Source of the DNA: Phoronis australis
Lineage: Eukaryota > Animalia > Phoronida
Length of the DNA: 64,000 bases
Assembly: GCA_002633005.1 (NCBI GenBank)
Contig: NMRA01000011.1
Span: forward strand, 1,928,477 to 1,992,476
Direction of reading: 5' to 3'
The position numbers were made by a program, and so were the translations under genes. Numbering within the stretch: the first letter of the stretch is position 1; each line of letters starts with the position of its first letter. Positions 23,128-37,047 of the stretch are shown in pieces. The notes under the pieces were generated by a model that saw only the letters and a list, made by a program, of their open reading frames with translations, was not told where the DNA came from and ran no database searches.

Positions 23128-25525
23128 GTAACATACACGGTAAGCAGTATTTAATAGCGCGCTCTTCCTACACCAAACTTCAGAAGAACATTGCATGCGG
23201 CTTATTGATGTTGCATCATTTAGGTTTAATGATACACGAAAAATTCTACGTCACACAAACTCTTAGCCTGTCACGCACACTGTTAAATGAACACATAGAA
23301 CTCCTCAGTTTTTCTTAGTGACTAGGGTTAGCGTCTGATTATTCCTAATTTTGTCTACTTTGTTCTTCCAGTCTGCTGCTTGGAAAGCTGCAAAGAGTTC
23401 TTTCCATGTGAGTTTTTTTTTTGTTCTTGAAGGGACAATTCCGTCATGTTCACTGCCTAAATTACAAACTATACATGTCGTTACAAAACCATATATAGAC
23501 CTAATTCACGCCGACAGGAGGCGCATTCCAAAACGAGGCTCGCTACGATAGCTCTGTTGGCTTATCGGCATACTTCGGGTTGTATTCCGCGTTGCTCGAA
23601 CGGTTAGAAAAAATACGGACACTCAACTGTCTGTTTTACAATCCCTAAGAACGTTGAGGTTTGGAAGCGTTGGGTCGTTGCCATACACCTTGACGAAGTA
23701 AAATATGTCCATGTAAAATTTATAAATGTTTTCAAAAAGTTAGACCATATTTTGTAGCGTCTCGGTTGCCGAGCATCATAGCAATGACCGGGAGAATCTT
23801 CGGCCAGCCAGGCTTTGCTTTTATGAATGCGGGTTGAAAGATGATGCGTTCGTCTTTCCAAAAAGGTCAGAGTCCTCAATCCCTCGACTTTGAGCCCGAA
23901 TATCGGCCCTATTCCCCTCTCAAAAACATTGAAAAATCCCCGGAAATTACCCCCCACGAGCCTAAATATTCCCCTAGTGACTGAAAAATTCTCTCCGAAT
24001 TTCAAATCACCTGTAACCACACAGGTGACAATTTGAAAGAGCACAATGCTTGCTCTGTCCAGTTAACTGAAACTGAGCTCTTAAACGAGGTTAGCGGCTT
24101 TGGACGAATGAATTGGGTGATTAAATTTTAAAATTCAACTTGGCCTAGATTGATATTTGAATCCTAACACATGAAATGGACGTAAGAATTATTGAAACCA
24201 AGAGTAGAATTTATGGTCAAATAATTTTTATTTTCAATTATGAGCCTGGTTTTTTATTTTGATAAAAATATTAATTAAACAACATCAATTACAAAATCAA
24301 TTGTTAGTCCCGGTAGCCCCTCCCTCTTTAAGACCTTGGCTACTGCTTGATGTTGATATTCTTGATCAACAAATTAAACCTGATGAGACTAAGATTGCAT
24401 ATGACAGCAAAATGCGATAAGCCACCATTGTCGAATACATATTCAGCTCGTCAAAAATACGAGCAGATGACCTGGTTCCTGTAGAAACCATTTTTATCAG
24501 CAATTTACAAGAAGAAACGTAACCCTACATTCAGCATAATACCTAGTAATCTGTAACACTACGAGCGCGGCAATTTGGTCATATTTACTTTTCATGTTTC
24601 GAACCTAGTTTCCGAAAAAATATACCCTTTCGTCAGACAATTCTTTAGTGCATTGACTTGTTCTCTAATGTATTTTCTACGTCTCTGTGGTTAATTATCG
24701 ACGCATTTTTGAGACTTAATATCCAGGTTGGACTCGAAAGACCGGCCATTTAACTCACGCAATGTCAACTTCGCTTTGTTTATCGCAATGAGACTCGCTT
24801 TGGATTTTAATGTCCGCCTCGTGAATTAGGTGTATAACATCATTTCCGAAATATATTGGTCTATTTTCACCAACATAGCTATTCATTGGCAAAACCTTTT
24901 GGTCGGTTACTTCTCCGGTCATTTTCGTTCTAGAACAAACACAGGTACAGGGTAGTAATTGATGAACACTTTTGAGATTGGTGTATATAGACCAATAAAA
25001 TTAGGAAATGTTACCACGTCATTCCCCTAAAGCAGTTTTAGGATGACATGGAAATCTTGTCATAAACCATGGTAGAAATTTCCCCTACAAAAGACGGTTT
25101 TGATCATCAACACGAGTATCAAAATTCGTTACCTCTTCATGGTCTAACTGCCGGTGACCCTTTCAAATTTTTACCTTTTCAGTACAGTACATACGGCACC
25201 CGCTCAATTGTTAATGGTTGAAACAATTGCTATCACTGCAGGAAAATTGTGTGTTCAGTTTTGTTAACTTAATTCATAAGACGAAGAAGGAAGGGGCATG
25301 TGGTGGCTGAGTTATATGTAAGTTGCTGATTAGACAACTGTCTTGATGAATGATAATATAGTACATCATAATGGGGCTATTCGGAAAATCTACAATAACT
25401 AGAGGGCGCGCGTGTACTAGTGGTGATAGATTAACAGCCTCGATTTCGTGAGCCCTTTAAATACATGGTGAAATGGCCTGCAGCCGTGCCAACTGAATCT
25501 GAGATTGCGTAAAAAGGGTGCTTCT

Positions 25526-25557
25526 ATGAGAGGAAGTAAGCACGACCTCATACAAAG
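25526..25557 (+). CDS. Candidate first coding exon of an unidentified gene
   Basis: ATG...CAAAG|gtaagg strong donor, MRGSKHDLIQ, phase 2; TATA-like TTTAAATA at ~25456. Confidence 0.25.
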
Positions 25558-26299
25558 GTAAGGTTTGTGATTATTTTAACGATTATTTCATGATTATTCT
25601 ACCGATGCCTGTTAACTGAGGCACTCGCCGATGTCGACTTCGCGGCAGTCAGTCATCAGCCAGAGTCTGGTTAATCTTTGTATGCTGTGATATGTGATAC
25701 GATACTTGACGTAGCAATCGGGATCTTTTCGTACATCAAAGCATTATTATTGTTTGGAATGATTTCTAAAAGTTTATCAGTGACAGTTACATCAATCAAT
25801 GCATGTTTATGCTGTCAACTCGATACAGGTTAATGAAGATTACAATCCAATCCCAATGGCAAAGGGTACGTGAGTGATAAATATCCACTGCATTAGACTC
25901 TTTGTTTACTCCCTATCATATGTCATCTGGAAATCTATTACACGTTGAAATGGAAATCAGTCAGTTTTCACGTAACCTTTGGTTTTTAGGTTTGAAGGCT
26001 TGTACCGTGCAGAGGAGATATGCGTCGCTTCTGCACCGTCCCTGAATGGACAAAAATTGTTTTTTAGCATTTGACTGCAGCTAACCAACAAGATCTTCCC
26101 ATCCAGTGCAGTTCTGTTGTCAAAGCCTACTCTCAATATTGGAGACAACGAATAAAGCCTTTGAAAAGGAACAGCTGCTATTTTCAAAGTCATTTTTTAA
26201 ATTACTTATTCAGGTCCCGAGGGGGGATTGGCATGGGGGGTTGTAACATTTGGTACAACTGAATGTGTGGAAATAACAGGTAATACATGTTTGGGGAAA

Positions 26300-28300
26300 A
26301 GAACATGGCGAGGTAATTCTTAACCTTCACGAAGTCCCTTCAAGTCGATTTCATGAAACTGTTTTGCTACTTGTATCATTTGTAAAACCACGAAAATATA
26401 TTTCATTTTCCGAATTCACAGTGACTGAATAGTCTTAACTCATGCCTTGAGATGTTGCAAGTAGTTTTAAATTCAAATGACTGCCATTTTTGTGAAAATT
26501 GCATTTTAGATGGTGCCTTACGATTTGTAATTACTCTTAAACAACATAAAGATTATCCATCATTTTTAAATGACCCAAGTCTTCATATTTTCTATTAGAA
26601 GAAAAACGGTTCCCTCAACCTTAGGCTAAGAGTATTCTTGACAGACCCATGAACCTGTAATCTGAGTTTAAAATTGCTGAAAGTAACAAAATTAAAAAGG
26701 CTTTAAAATGGGTAACAAATTTTTGAAGTTGTTTCAAAAAACTTGTATATTTTACAGGCAAGTGATGCGTTTAAAGAATTGTTCTGGCTAGGGATAAAAA
26801 ATGAAGACACAGTTTTATGCAATACTCATTATATACACCCTTGGTTTCTGAAAATAGTAATTATTTACTTTTATGTGAAACTGTAGACCAATCACCATAT
26901 ATTTTTGAAAAACAGGGATAACTTTTTTGATCCAATCTGGAGTACTTAATTATTCATATTACTTCGAGCTGTATCATAGACAAGCTTTGTTACTCCGTTC
27001 TCTTCCCACAGCACTTCCACACACCAGCAGTGCTGCATGGCAAAATGTGCAAGTCAGTGGCAATGGAGAAATGTGAATCGCAGTACTAAGTTACCATAAG
27101 ACAATGTGCCAGTGGAGTGTCTGTGTATCCAGACGAACTATATCTGACTGCTACACAAATAAGCCTTGTTGGTGAGGATGCCCTTTCATAGGCAATGAGT
27201 CATGTGTGGACAATAGGTTTTTTCCTTTCCTGGAAGAAACATGAGGGACTGAAGCTAAAGAAGACCTAGTCACACTCTGGTCTAGTTCAGAGTCTGATTT
27301 GGGACTCAAAACGATTCAAGTGATATGCTGCTGTGTTTACCTTCAAGGGTCTAATTGTGGATGTTATTGAGGCTGAATGAGGTTACATGAAAGAAAGCCA
27401 CGTGTTGAAACTGGACCTTTTTTACAAGCGCTTCTATTGGCCATTGAAACTAGAACCCAGTGAAATGAAAGCCAAAAGCTGAGTGACATTAAATTTTCCT
27501 TTCAAAAGAAAGGCTTTATACTATTGGTAAAAACTTTTCAATTTGGTACAGATTATGGGGAAATGACATTCAGTGACTGCATCGATTGTCTTTTTGTATT
27601 TTTGCAATTGTAGCTAGCTGGATAAGAATCTGCTATGCAAAAGATTCGAGAATAAACAATTATCAATGTATTTAAAAACAAATGGCAAACTGAAAAAGCA
27701 CAGAAAGAAACAACATTGCGAAGGAGTCCATAATCAGGCATATCAGGTGCTGAATTTCTGAATTACGTTCAATTCTCTCAGGTTATTGCTGAAGGATTGC
27801 TTTTCACTTTGTCCAACGGTGAAATAGATGGTCAGGCGGTTGGTTTCAGTTGTTTTTTCTTGCCTGTAACAGAATAGAAATATTAGCAAATTGTAAAAGA
27901 AAAGACAAGACAAAACTACTTTTGTAAAGGCAGAACATACTTGAAATTTCATCTTCATGTTTATGTGTAGAAACTAATAACCTTTGTACCCAAGTCTTAT
28001 TTAATATTTGAATTAAAATATGTGAAACAGGCTAAAAGTGATTTAACAATGTGTATTTTTCATGACACTTAAAATGTGCTTCTGATCTCAACAAGTAAAA
28101 TTCATTCTAGGAGTCAATTTTTTTCCAATGCAATGTAACGACATTTACAGAATTAAGGCTTATTCATGTTAATTCGATAACTGAGCTGGTGGTCCTGGGG
28201 GTGGGGTCCACGATAAAATAAGGAAACTCAGCCATCTAGAGAATTTTATTGGAAACGGCATAGTTTTGAAAAGAAACTGCTGTGAAAAAGTCACTCTTGA
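26300..28300. mobile_element. Highly decayed DNA-transposon-like sequence (possibly Sola3-related)
   Basis: Coding-like composition with many stops; 28075-28300 echoes the Sola3-like right end at 8890-8990 (ATCTCAACAA..., GTCACTCTT). Confidence 0.25.
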
Positions 28301-29270
28301 CTTCTGTGCATCACGTACCATACACCTCTTATTTTGGGAGCACTCCCACCCAGGAAAATATGAATATGTGCTGCTAGCCTACCCGGCATCGGGTGAGTTT
28401 CCAAAAAGAAACACTTAGTTCCACTCAATAAAACTGTTATTCAGTGGGGTAACTGGTGGGGATGACATCACCGAACGATGTTGATAGAAACAGATTGCTA
28501 AAAACTTACCAAGTAATATTGTGTAGTCTCCGAATGGAACTGCATAGTCATAGACTAGAGCACACACGAGGCTTCAGCATCCACACACTTTTTGTCAGTT
28601 AGTTCACCCTGTTGACCGCAATTGTCCACGAATATAGTAACCTTAGGTCTTTTGGGAATTTGTGGCCACCTGTCGAAGACTTGCACCAGGGAAATTTTGA
28701 TAAAAATTGCATCTTTTACCAGTTGTTTACATGCAGACAGCCACGCATGCGCAATTCAATCACCACTAGTACAGCAGCGACACCGCGAGGAGAATTCTCC
28801 GAATAGCCCCATTAATGCAAGGCATTCGCGAGACGCTTGCGATGAGAAATCTTCGCTTATCGAAGGTAACAGTGAGCTCTATCCGATCAGCATTCCAGCC
28901 TCGTCAACCAATCACTTCAACAGCACCGTCACTCCGACGCGTAAATTTGTCATGTCTTGTGTGATTTGTTTTTTGCGCAAGTGTCTTGCGTCAACGGAAC
29001 GCACCTTCCGAGAGTTTGATTGTAAATGTTATCTCGTGAGAGTTAGGTCTAACACTTGCATCATAGCACGGATGTGTGTTGTAATAAGTTTGATGAATGC
29101 AACAAGTGTAACTGCTTGAAAACTGAAAGTACAGCGCGCTACACCACACCCTAAAACCGTCCATGATCTAGCTGCTTAGAACGTCAAATCTTCCTCGAGT
29201 CAAGGACGATTTGATTGTTTCCTTGCGTCAATGACGCAAGAAAACTATTAACCACTTATGCTTTTTTCAG

Positions 29271-29334
29271 GTTGCTGTTCAGGCACTTTGTGCCCTGTGC
29301 TTTGTGGTTTTCGCCTTTGTTGAAATAGGTCTCG
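29271..29334 (+). other. Orphan exon-like segment encoding a hydrophobic stretch
   Basis: cttttttcag|GTTGCT...CTCG|gtaggt; only phase 0 is open: VAVQALCALCFVVFAFVEIGL. No partner exon established. Confidence 0.35.
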
Positions 29335-29580
29335 GTAGGTATTTTTTCCGTAGACATGCTTAGTTCTAAAACCTGTCTTGTCTTGGTTTGACGTTACGAT
29401 GTTTAGGTCTTTAAAAGTGCACGCATTTTCTTTTTACTTTGCCTACTCAAAATAGACTCAAAATTTCGTGTTCAGTTTGAAAATTTTAGCCTTAGTGCTA
29501 GTGTCATCAAGTGCAAAATAGAGTTAGACAGTAATATGCGCAAATCAATATAGAATAAATAAATATTAATCCATAGAGAA

Positions 29581-29660
29581 GTCGTTATCCCCCGTAATCT
29601 AGAGCAAGGCGAGGGGCGATACAAAATCCGCGAGGGCTCTAGATAAGGGGGGATAACGAC
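29581..29660. repeat. Palindromic MITE core
   Basis: GTCGTTATCCCCC..ATCTAGAGC ... GCTCTAGAT..GGGGGATAACGAC inverted arms. Confidence 0.55.
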
Positions 29661-32214
29661 TGACAACATGTAATAATCTCTTTATACGGCATACTGAACG
29701 ATAAACATTGCAATGAATCGATCTACCTTTATCGACTGCTTCGACGTTGTAACTACTTTCTATGAGAGGCCCGGGGTCAGAGGTTGTAATCTTTTAAGAA
29801 GCGCCGAGTTATATGTATGCTTGTTTTTACTCTAAACCAATTGAAAATTTAAACAAAATAGAAGTCAAGTGAATCTATCAAATAACTTTTAAGCAACTAT
29901 TCTAGCTTACTACATGTACACATATTATCACCCTAAGCGTCTACGTGAAAACATCGTCTGCTAAAGTATGTTACCGCGGGTTACGGAGTATAATGCTCAA
30001 ATCAAAGGAACCTTGCAACACGTACCTACATTCAAACTGGAGATCTATGATTTACAAGTGAGAAAAGTGACAGATGAATTTTGCTGAATGGTTACTTTAG
30101 GCGGGTAATAAAGTGAATATGGAGTGCCTCAGAAAAAAGGCTTAAAACGTCACCTTGGGAGGAATAAAACAAAATCGATGTTCAACCATCGTTTTAATCA
30201 AAGAAAAACCAATTGCACTGAAAAAATCAAATTTTGTCAATTTGGTGAAGTCTAAACAATCATTAGACCTTAAAGATTGCCTCCAGAGACCAAAACACCC
30301 CCTTCACATGAGAAATACAAGTATGTTTTAGTAAAATGTTTTTTGTCACTTGCATAACTTAGAAAGTAATTAATTGCGACGTAAATTACAAGGCCCATAC
30401 TTCGAACTCCCTTAGAGGACCCCGGAGAAATTTCCAACCAATCAGAATATAGTTGTACATGTAGGCCTACATATGACATCATCGTGCCAACGAAATTTAT
30501 CCTACTGTCACTGCATAACAGTTGCATGCCATTTCTTTGACGTTGGTTAGTTATCGGTCTCTGTGCTTGAATGCCACGTTGCGCAAGAAAGTACATGTAG
30601 CAATGAAGCGGCCTTGTCATACATTGGTGCAACTTCCCCGCCGATCCCATCATGTGCCGTGCATGGAATAGATTTGTATCCACGACAAGGACTGGGAAGT
30701 AAATTCCCGATCAGCAATATCTGTTCTAGACTAGGTCAAAGATACAGTATATACTGGTGTATAATATCTTTGACTTGGTGCAAATCTGTATATAAAATCC
30801 ACAGCTTTGCGCCGATGTGGGTGGAAATGACCAAATAAAATCTGACTCAAAAGTAAAGTTAGAAAAAGATATACCGCTCTTCTTTGAGTTAACTACGTTA
30901 CTTACGCGTGTTGGAAAAATTGGCGTTCTACCGATCATCTGCCAGTACTGCTAAAATTGAAGTGTGCTCTTTTAGGTCGGCTTTCAGCGATTGCGTTTCT
31001 TTGTCCCCGTCTATTCTTCTATTAGCTCATCTTCGCTGCGTATATGTCACAACAAATTATAGGAACAGGTTTTATTTCTTTACAAGTTTTTATAATTTTT
31101 AAGACCAGCAAACCGAATTTTAGACCAAACTTTGCTGCTGCGTAGCTGTCACCATCTCTCACTAAGACATCTTGACTCAGTTGGACTACAGAGAGTGAGC
31201 AGACGATATTGATGAATTTGCAGAAAAGCAAAGTTTGCATCTATATTTTCATGGACATTTATTTAGCTGTTTATTTTTCTTTCGATTTGTTAGCATGCAT
31301 ATTTTTGTTTGTATCTAAACTGGTAAACGAGTATTTGTCCCGAGGACCGAGTTCGCCGAACGTGTGACTTAGTGTAGGTTTGATTTGTGACTTGAGTCAA
31401 CCAAAAACTTTTATCTTATCATTTTTGGATCATATTGCGTTGTCGTACTCCTTGATTTGGTAATTGCTGTGAAGAATGGTTGCATTATATAAATGCTAAT
31501 TTACTTTCAATTGTTTTTTCTTATTTTACTCTCGCCGAAAACGTAGTAATTTCGGTTTGTTTTGAGTTAATCAGCTGTTGATCCAGATAAGTGAGAATTT
31601 CGAGGCGGTGATTTTGTGCAGTAGTTACTTGTCAGTAGACGAGTTATTCTACGTCTTGGATGTGTGTTTATTGTATAAAGGATATGTACATATGTCGTAT
31701 AAAAGCCGTTTGGTGCTCATGGTGCTTTGTATTCAGCACAACACATGTGAGTGAAATTTCGCTGCCCAAATACTTCGATTATGTACACGCCTTATAGGTA
31801 GATGTCATTCCGTATTGCCAAACCTGCCTAGGAGCGTGTATTTAACAAAGTGTCTTATCTTCATTTTGCAGGCGATTTTTGGACATTTCCAGCTCATAAA
31901 AAGTGCTCTGCTGCTGGGAAGTTTTTAAATGGAACAAGAAACAGGCTATATTGCGATCAAACTTTGATTGGGTTTGCAATGGCAATGCTCGCAATTAAGT
32001 TCACGCTCCTGTGGTCGGTAATTTTGGGACTTGTGGCATTTGTTTTATTTTCATGTATTACAGAATATTTAGCGCTTAAACTACAAGACCCCTGATCACC
32101 TGTTGTAAAGATTTGTATTTAAAATTGTTGTACAATTCTGCTACTATATCATGGTATCATCTTTTATTGCTACGTCACTTTTTGACAACTCTTCATTACG
32201 ATCACTGCGCGCGG

Positions 32215-32625
32215 TCGTTACCAAAACAGCATATATTGTACATAAATGAGTATATTGCTGACGAAACAATATATTCATACATCTGTAAAATTTACTGTTT
32301 TGACAACGATATGTTATATTCTTGAAAAAGAATGTGTTTTATATAGGTGTGAATATACATTACTTTGTCATCATTATTGTTGACAAACGTGTGGCGTGCT
32401 GGCCAGATTTGGAAGTGTTTGCACATGCCGGTTTACAATTGACACATTTGTCTTTTAAGCTTCTATTGTAAACGTTTAAAAATATTGTTTTACATAGTTT
32501 ATGTTGTAATCACTATTTTGTAGAAGTGTTACGAAATTGTGTCTATTTGTGGTTATTGTTCTCTAAATAGAAAGTTAAGCATTATATTCTGTCTTATCAA
32601 CGTTGCTGCTGGCGAGAAAGGTTTA
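32215..32625. repeat. Dispersed repeat, second copy at ~38290-38700
   Basis: Colinear shared blocks (ACAATATATTCATAC, TATTGTTGACAAA, AGAAAGTTAA..ATT..TTCTGTCTTAT); family unassigned. Confidence 0.7.
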
Positions 32626-35277
32626 TATAGGTTATCCCACATACGTAGGAATACTACTGCCATATCCTATTGAGAATGCATGTCATCTGGCGTGCCTTCA
32701 GTAGACGCTAGGACCTACGCTAGGACATAGCTAAAACCTAGTCAAAGTCACGTGTTCTCATTTAAAATGCACGGCAATATCTCACGTAATCTCGCGAAGT
32801 CTTGCTTTTTAGTGAGGTCCTAGCGTTACTGAACGGGAGGCTGGATATGTCTGAACTCGACATGGGGTATCACATTAGTACTCCTATGTATTTATTCCAT
32901 ATGTATGGACTTAATTGCATCATCCCGGCAGTATTTTGTTGTCGTGTGCTTTGGCATGTAGTTATGAGTCAAGCACAGTACCTATGCCGGTTAAACAGTA
33001 CACACCATGGATTTTTGCACATTTCGAATTACCGATGGCCACAGACTAAATGTTTGACGTAAAATTTAGCCAAATTCATGATTATTTTGTATCATTAGCT
33101 CGAAATTTTGATTTCTTTTTCAATTTTGCCAATTTTCACATTTCCCGCCATGTGACATCATGGGTTGTACACAAGAGATCAGCGACTAGCATTGAACAAC
33201 GGCGGAGAGTAGGAAATTTGAAAGCGACAACGATAATGAGCCAGAAATGAACAAATACTATGAAGAAACGTACGAGAATGGTGGCCAGGATGACGAAATG
33301 GGGTTGCACGAAAGAGAGAACGAGTTTGATATGTTTTCAGCTGCGTACTTTTCTACTTTTGAGGCCTTACGAACTGGATCCTCCCGCGAGAGAAGCGGCC
33401 TCGGGCTCGGCCAGTCAACCCAGTCATCCAACAGACGATCCTGAATAAAGATCCGATGTTTCTGAATAATTATTATTGTCTTTTATTGAACCAGGCCTTC
33501 ATCGTAACATCTCCTCTGATTGGAGTCGAAACACGACTCCTCAAAGTGGGCAGAACACAGAGTGGCTCCGGACAGAATCGCTTGGTCCACGTCCCACACT
33601 CTCGTTCGGCGCACGAAGAGATGCCACTCCTGCGCAACTTTGGCGTCCTTCGGAACACCGAGACGTTCTCCGTTCTCTGCTGTTGATGCAGCCTCCGCAA
33701 ACACATCTTTTCATCCCTCTACGAACCTTCTCGAAGCTAAATATACTTTACTTTCACTTCACTCTATACACTTAGTTGCTGATCCGAACAGTGTGTCGAA
33801 CGACTTGGGTTCAACCCATGACGTTGTACATAATTATTATTTTTTTCAATTTTTACGTTTTTCTTTATGAGCTATGCACTAAAGGCACTGAAATCAAGTA
33901 AGATATAATAATAAAATTTATTTTGAGGTACTAGAGTCATGATGCGTACACTTTAAGAGACAAGGTTATCTGTGAAAGTGTTGAATAACCAGTCAACTTT
34001 TATTTCCTAATAAATTGATATCAGTTTGTGAAATATAGAAGCTATAGCACTGAACCGTTCAATAAATATCAAACGCTTGTCGGAATGTTAAAAACAATCC
34101 AAACCGGAATCTAGAATTGAAAGAATCCCTAACATTTGTGCAGCAGCCAGAGTGCTCCGTTAGCTTCGATGAATTGGTGTATTTTTGTGTCTTAGCTTCG
34201 GGAATGCAAATGGTAATAGAAACATTTCCGTGTTTTGATCAGAGCATTGGCTGGAAACTGTGGTGATTTGCAAAACTTGTGGTAAGTAATGTATACCAAA
34301 AAACATTTCACTGTACGACAGGTAGGGAGTTGATATGAGGAACGCTGCGAGCACACGATTGTCTCATTAAAAACACATACTCGATATTAGGTCACAATTG
34401 TTGCGAAGACCTTATATACATTCTTCCGTTGGATTTAAATTAGATTTTCGGCTGATTTTGTTGGCCGAAAAGCTCTGTAGTTTGGCTTGTTGATGATGAC
34501 CCAGACTGAAACTTCAGCCAAGACCAAAAATAGCCGCCTGATCACCGTGCGGTTGGGTAAATCTTTTCTGTTTTTAGAGCAGTAAAAATGCTTTTTCATT
34601 AACGATGGCTTGGATTAGGATTTAAGTAAACCAAAATGAACGACCCCAATCAAATTTGGCGTTGCACATTCGATTTTACTCATTGCTCATCAACCGTAAA
34701 CTACGGCTTCTACCGTTGTATACGGCCTCTACCGTCAGTGACATACTGATTGGCTCTACGTTCGGGTACATATACATGTTCATATACATGCAAACACACA
34801 CATACACACACACTTCCATTTCAGCAGCATCTTAGCCAAGTACGGGCTATACAGCCCTCAGATCACTATCGGGTGCGCCGCCCATGTCCATGAAATAAGC
34901 AGTCCCCTATGCTACACCGCCTATGCTCCTACAAGTGTTTCACTAATTCAGTTTATTGTATTTTGTTTGGAATATTGCCTCTCTGTCTACAAATTACGAT
35001 TTTTGTAAATGACTCTAAATACGGGTTTGTAATTGCTGCAATTACCTTTACTTCACGAACATGTTTGACGTCGAAGTTGTACATACACAGTGGCGGATCT
35101 AGAATATCACAAGGGGGGCCAACATTTTGTCTGTAAGCATTTGCGCAAATCACGATTGTAGATTGGCATAGCACCGAATGGGGGGGGGGTCGGGAGGGAG
35201 GTTTGCGCCCCTCCTGCCCAGGAAATTTTTCTGTTTCTTCCTTTAAAAATCAACCATTTTCCTTGATTCCTTAATTA

Positions 35278-36919
35278 AGGAGCATACCACCAAAAAAAAC
35301 AACCTAATTTGCATCAATTTAGATCGAGTAGTTCTACTCCTTAACGACACGTACGGTTGCGTTACCTGACACCTGGCGGCAGACGGAGGTGTTCAAATTA
35401 TCCAATGACGTCATAGGTTTCACACCCAGTCTTTTCAGCAGTTCACAAAACCTGTTACTGATGTCGGCCTATCACTTGAAGTCATCGTTTAACACCAATA
35501 AATCATCAAATTTCGATGTAAAACCCTTACAAATACACCGAGTTCTTATAAAAACGTGTTGTTTTATTACGCGCTTACGGGTTTATTGGTATTTGGACAC
35601 ACCGTAGCCTACAAAGTTCGGCAGGCCAATAAGGTCCGTAGCAGGAGTTTGGGGTCTGTTCGCAGATAATTTTGAAGTATTTTCCGTGAGATACAAACAG
35701 GAGAACCTAGACCTGTGTTCTCTAGACTTGTGATTTTTTGAGTTCTAAACACAAAACGCTTGTTATCCTGGCCAGTGGCTCGGAGCCCGATCAGGCCCGT
35801 CGCGGCCGGCCGGATTGACTCGTTATCGATCCCGGCCAGTGGCTGGGAAACTGATCAGACATCACGAACATAAACCAGCCAAAGTTCAGTGGAAACCAAA
35901 CTTCCAGTCAAGAAAATACTATACTAGTGAGCCAAAGTAATGTGCACGTGATTATGTTGGTGAATTAGCCACGAAACTGCAAATCTACGAATTCACTCGG
36001 GTTCCACTTTGGCCACAGCACCGTCAGGGCAGAAGTTGTACATTGACAATCATTATTTGAGTAATGTAAAAAAGGTTCCCCTAACACCTGGCTGTGGGAT
36101 GGAAATCGAGTTGTTTCACAAGTTTCTGCCAGCAAACACTAAATTAGCACGAGCTCACACGGCCTCGGTTTCCCGTCAATTAGTTTTATTGCACCTAAAG
36201 CCGGTAACGCAGTGATTTATTCATTGCTGGCTTCTCAACTCATTTGCACTCATGAATATTCCAAAGGCATTACAAATTGCATCTAATGAGACAGACTTTG
36301 TTTCAGTAGGTTAGGGTGATAATAACTCATTTTGAAACAGAACGCTCGGTAAAAAACGCCAAGATGGCAACTCGCAATCCCGACTTAGGACGAGCTAGAG
36401 CTCATCAGTCCCGACTTCGCAGGTGGATCGTTAAGTTTTACAGGCTATCAATTCGAACAGGAATACAGTGATGAAGAAATACTAGAGAGCAAGCTCAGAC
36501 AACGGAACGTGTGGAGTTATTTGGTAAGCCGACATTCGTCAGGCACTCACTGTCGACCTCTGCAGGCCACAGACACGGAGATGTTTCACGGCCTCATACT
36601 TGCTATTTACAGCGTAGATTTCATTCTTCACTACCATGAGCCACTTCCTAAGCATTTCGGACTCTCGAGGAAGTAAAAAATACGATATACTCGCTTTCCT
36701 CGCAGCTGCTTAGTTCGGACAAGCGGGAACGATGCACCGCAACCAAGCGGCATTCACTCTGCATATAAACCACTGACGTCGCCAGCGTCGTTTCTCACCT
36801 TCCTCACAGGTTACTGCGACATTTCTTGGCTAGGTAAGGTCGAACGTATGCGAGGCGATGTGAATATAGACCGATTGAGACGGCAAAAAAAGACTAATTA
36901 AATCGGGTGGCATTCTCCT
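35278..36919 (-). mobile_element. Kolobok-like non-autonomous element (family 2), full length
   Basis: TTAA flanks; TIR AGGAGCATACCACC / AGGAGAATGCCACC; minus-strand THAP remnant RCIVPACPN*...LPRESEMLRKW...LRVCGL (36560-36750); plus-strand GYQFEQEYSDEEILE (KolX-like start, 36443-36487). Confidence 0.75.
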
Positions 36920-36984
36920 TTAAGTATTATTCAAGAAAAAGGGAAAAAAACGGAGAATGAGACAAACAGGAAAAACTACAAATA

Positions 36985-37047
36985 CCACAGACTTGACCTC
37001 ACGTCCTGACGGTTAGAGTGCGTGTGCTTTACCACTACACCACCACG
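36985..37047 (-). repeat. tRNA-derived SINE head
   Basis: Reverse complement GTGGTGGTGTAGTGGTAAAGCACACGCACTCTAACCGTCAGGACGTGAGGTCAAGTC: A-box and degenerate B-box, no acceptor stem. Confidence 0.45.

Larger units (their letters stand above)
29415..33952 (-). mobile_element. Kolobok-like element (family 1) with THAP remnant and nested insertions
   Basis: TTAA at both ends (29411-29414, 33953-33956); imperfect TIR AGTG(C/T)ACGCAT...CTCAAAATA...TTAGTGC; frameshifted THAP on minus strand 33480-33715 (MKRCVCGGC / PKDAKVAQEWHLFVRRTR..W / LCSAHFEESCF); plus-strand RPYELDPP resembling the KolX PYxFEP motif. Confidence 0.7.

Noticed and set aside
28622-29119. 165-aa ORF
   Set aside because: Non-ATG start, no recognisable motif and no splice support.
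33483-33704. THAP-domain host gene
   Set aside because: Frameshifted between the CxxxxC start and the PKD/W/CSAHF part, and enclosed by TIRs with TTAA TSDs.
36985-37047. tRNA gene (also ~3000-3040 and ~9592-9650)
   Set aside because: Only A/B-box-like motifs; no complete cloverleaf, so treated as SINE heads.
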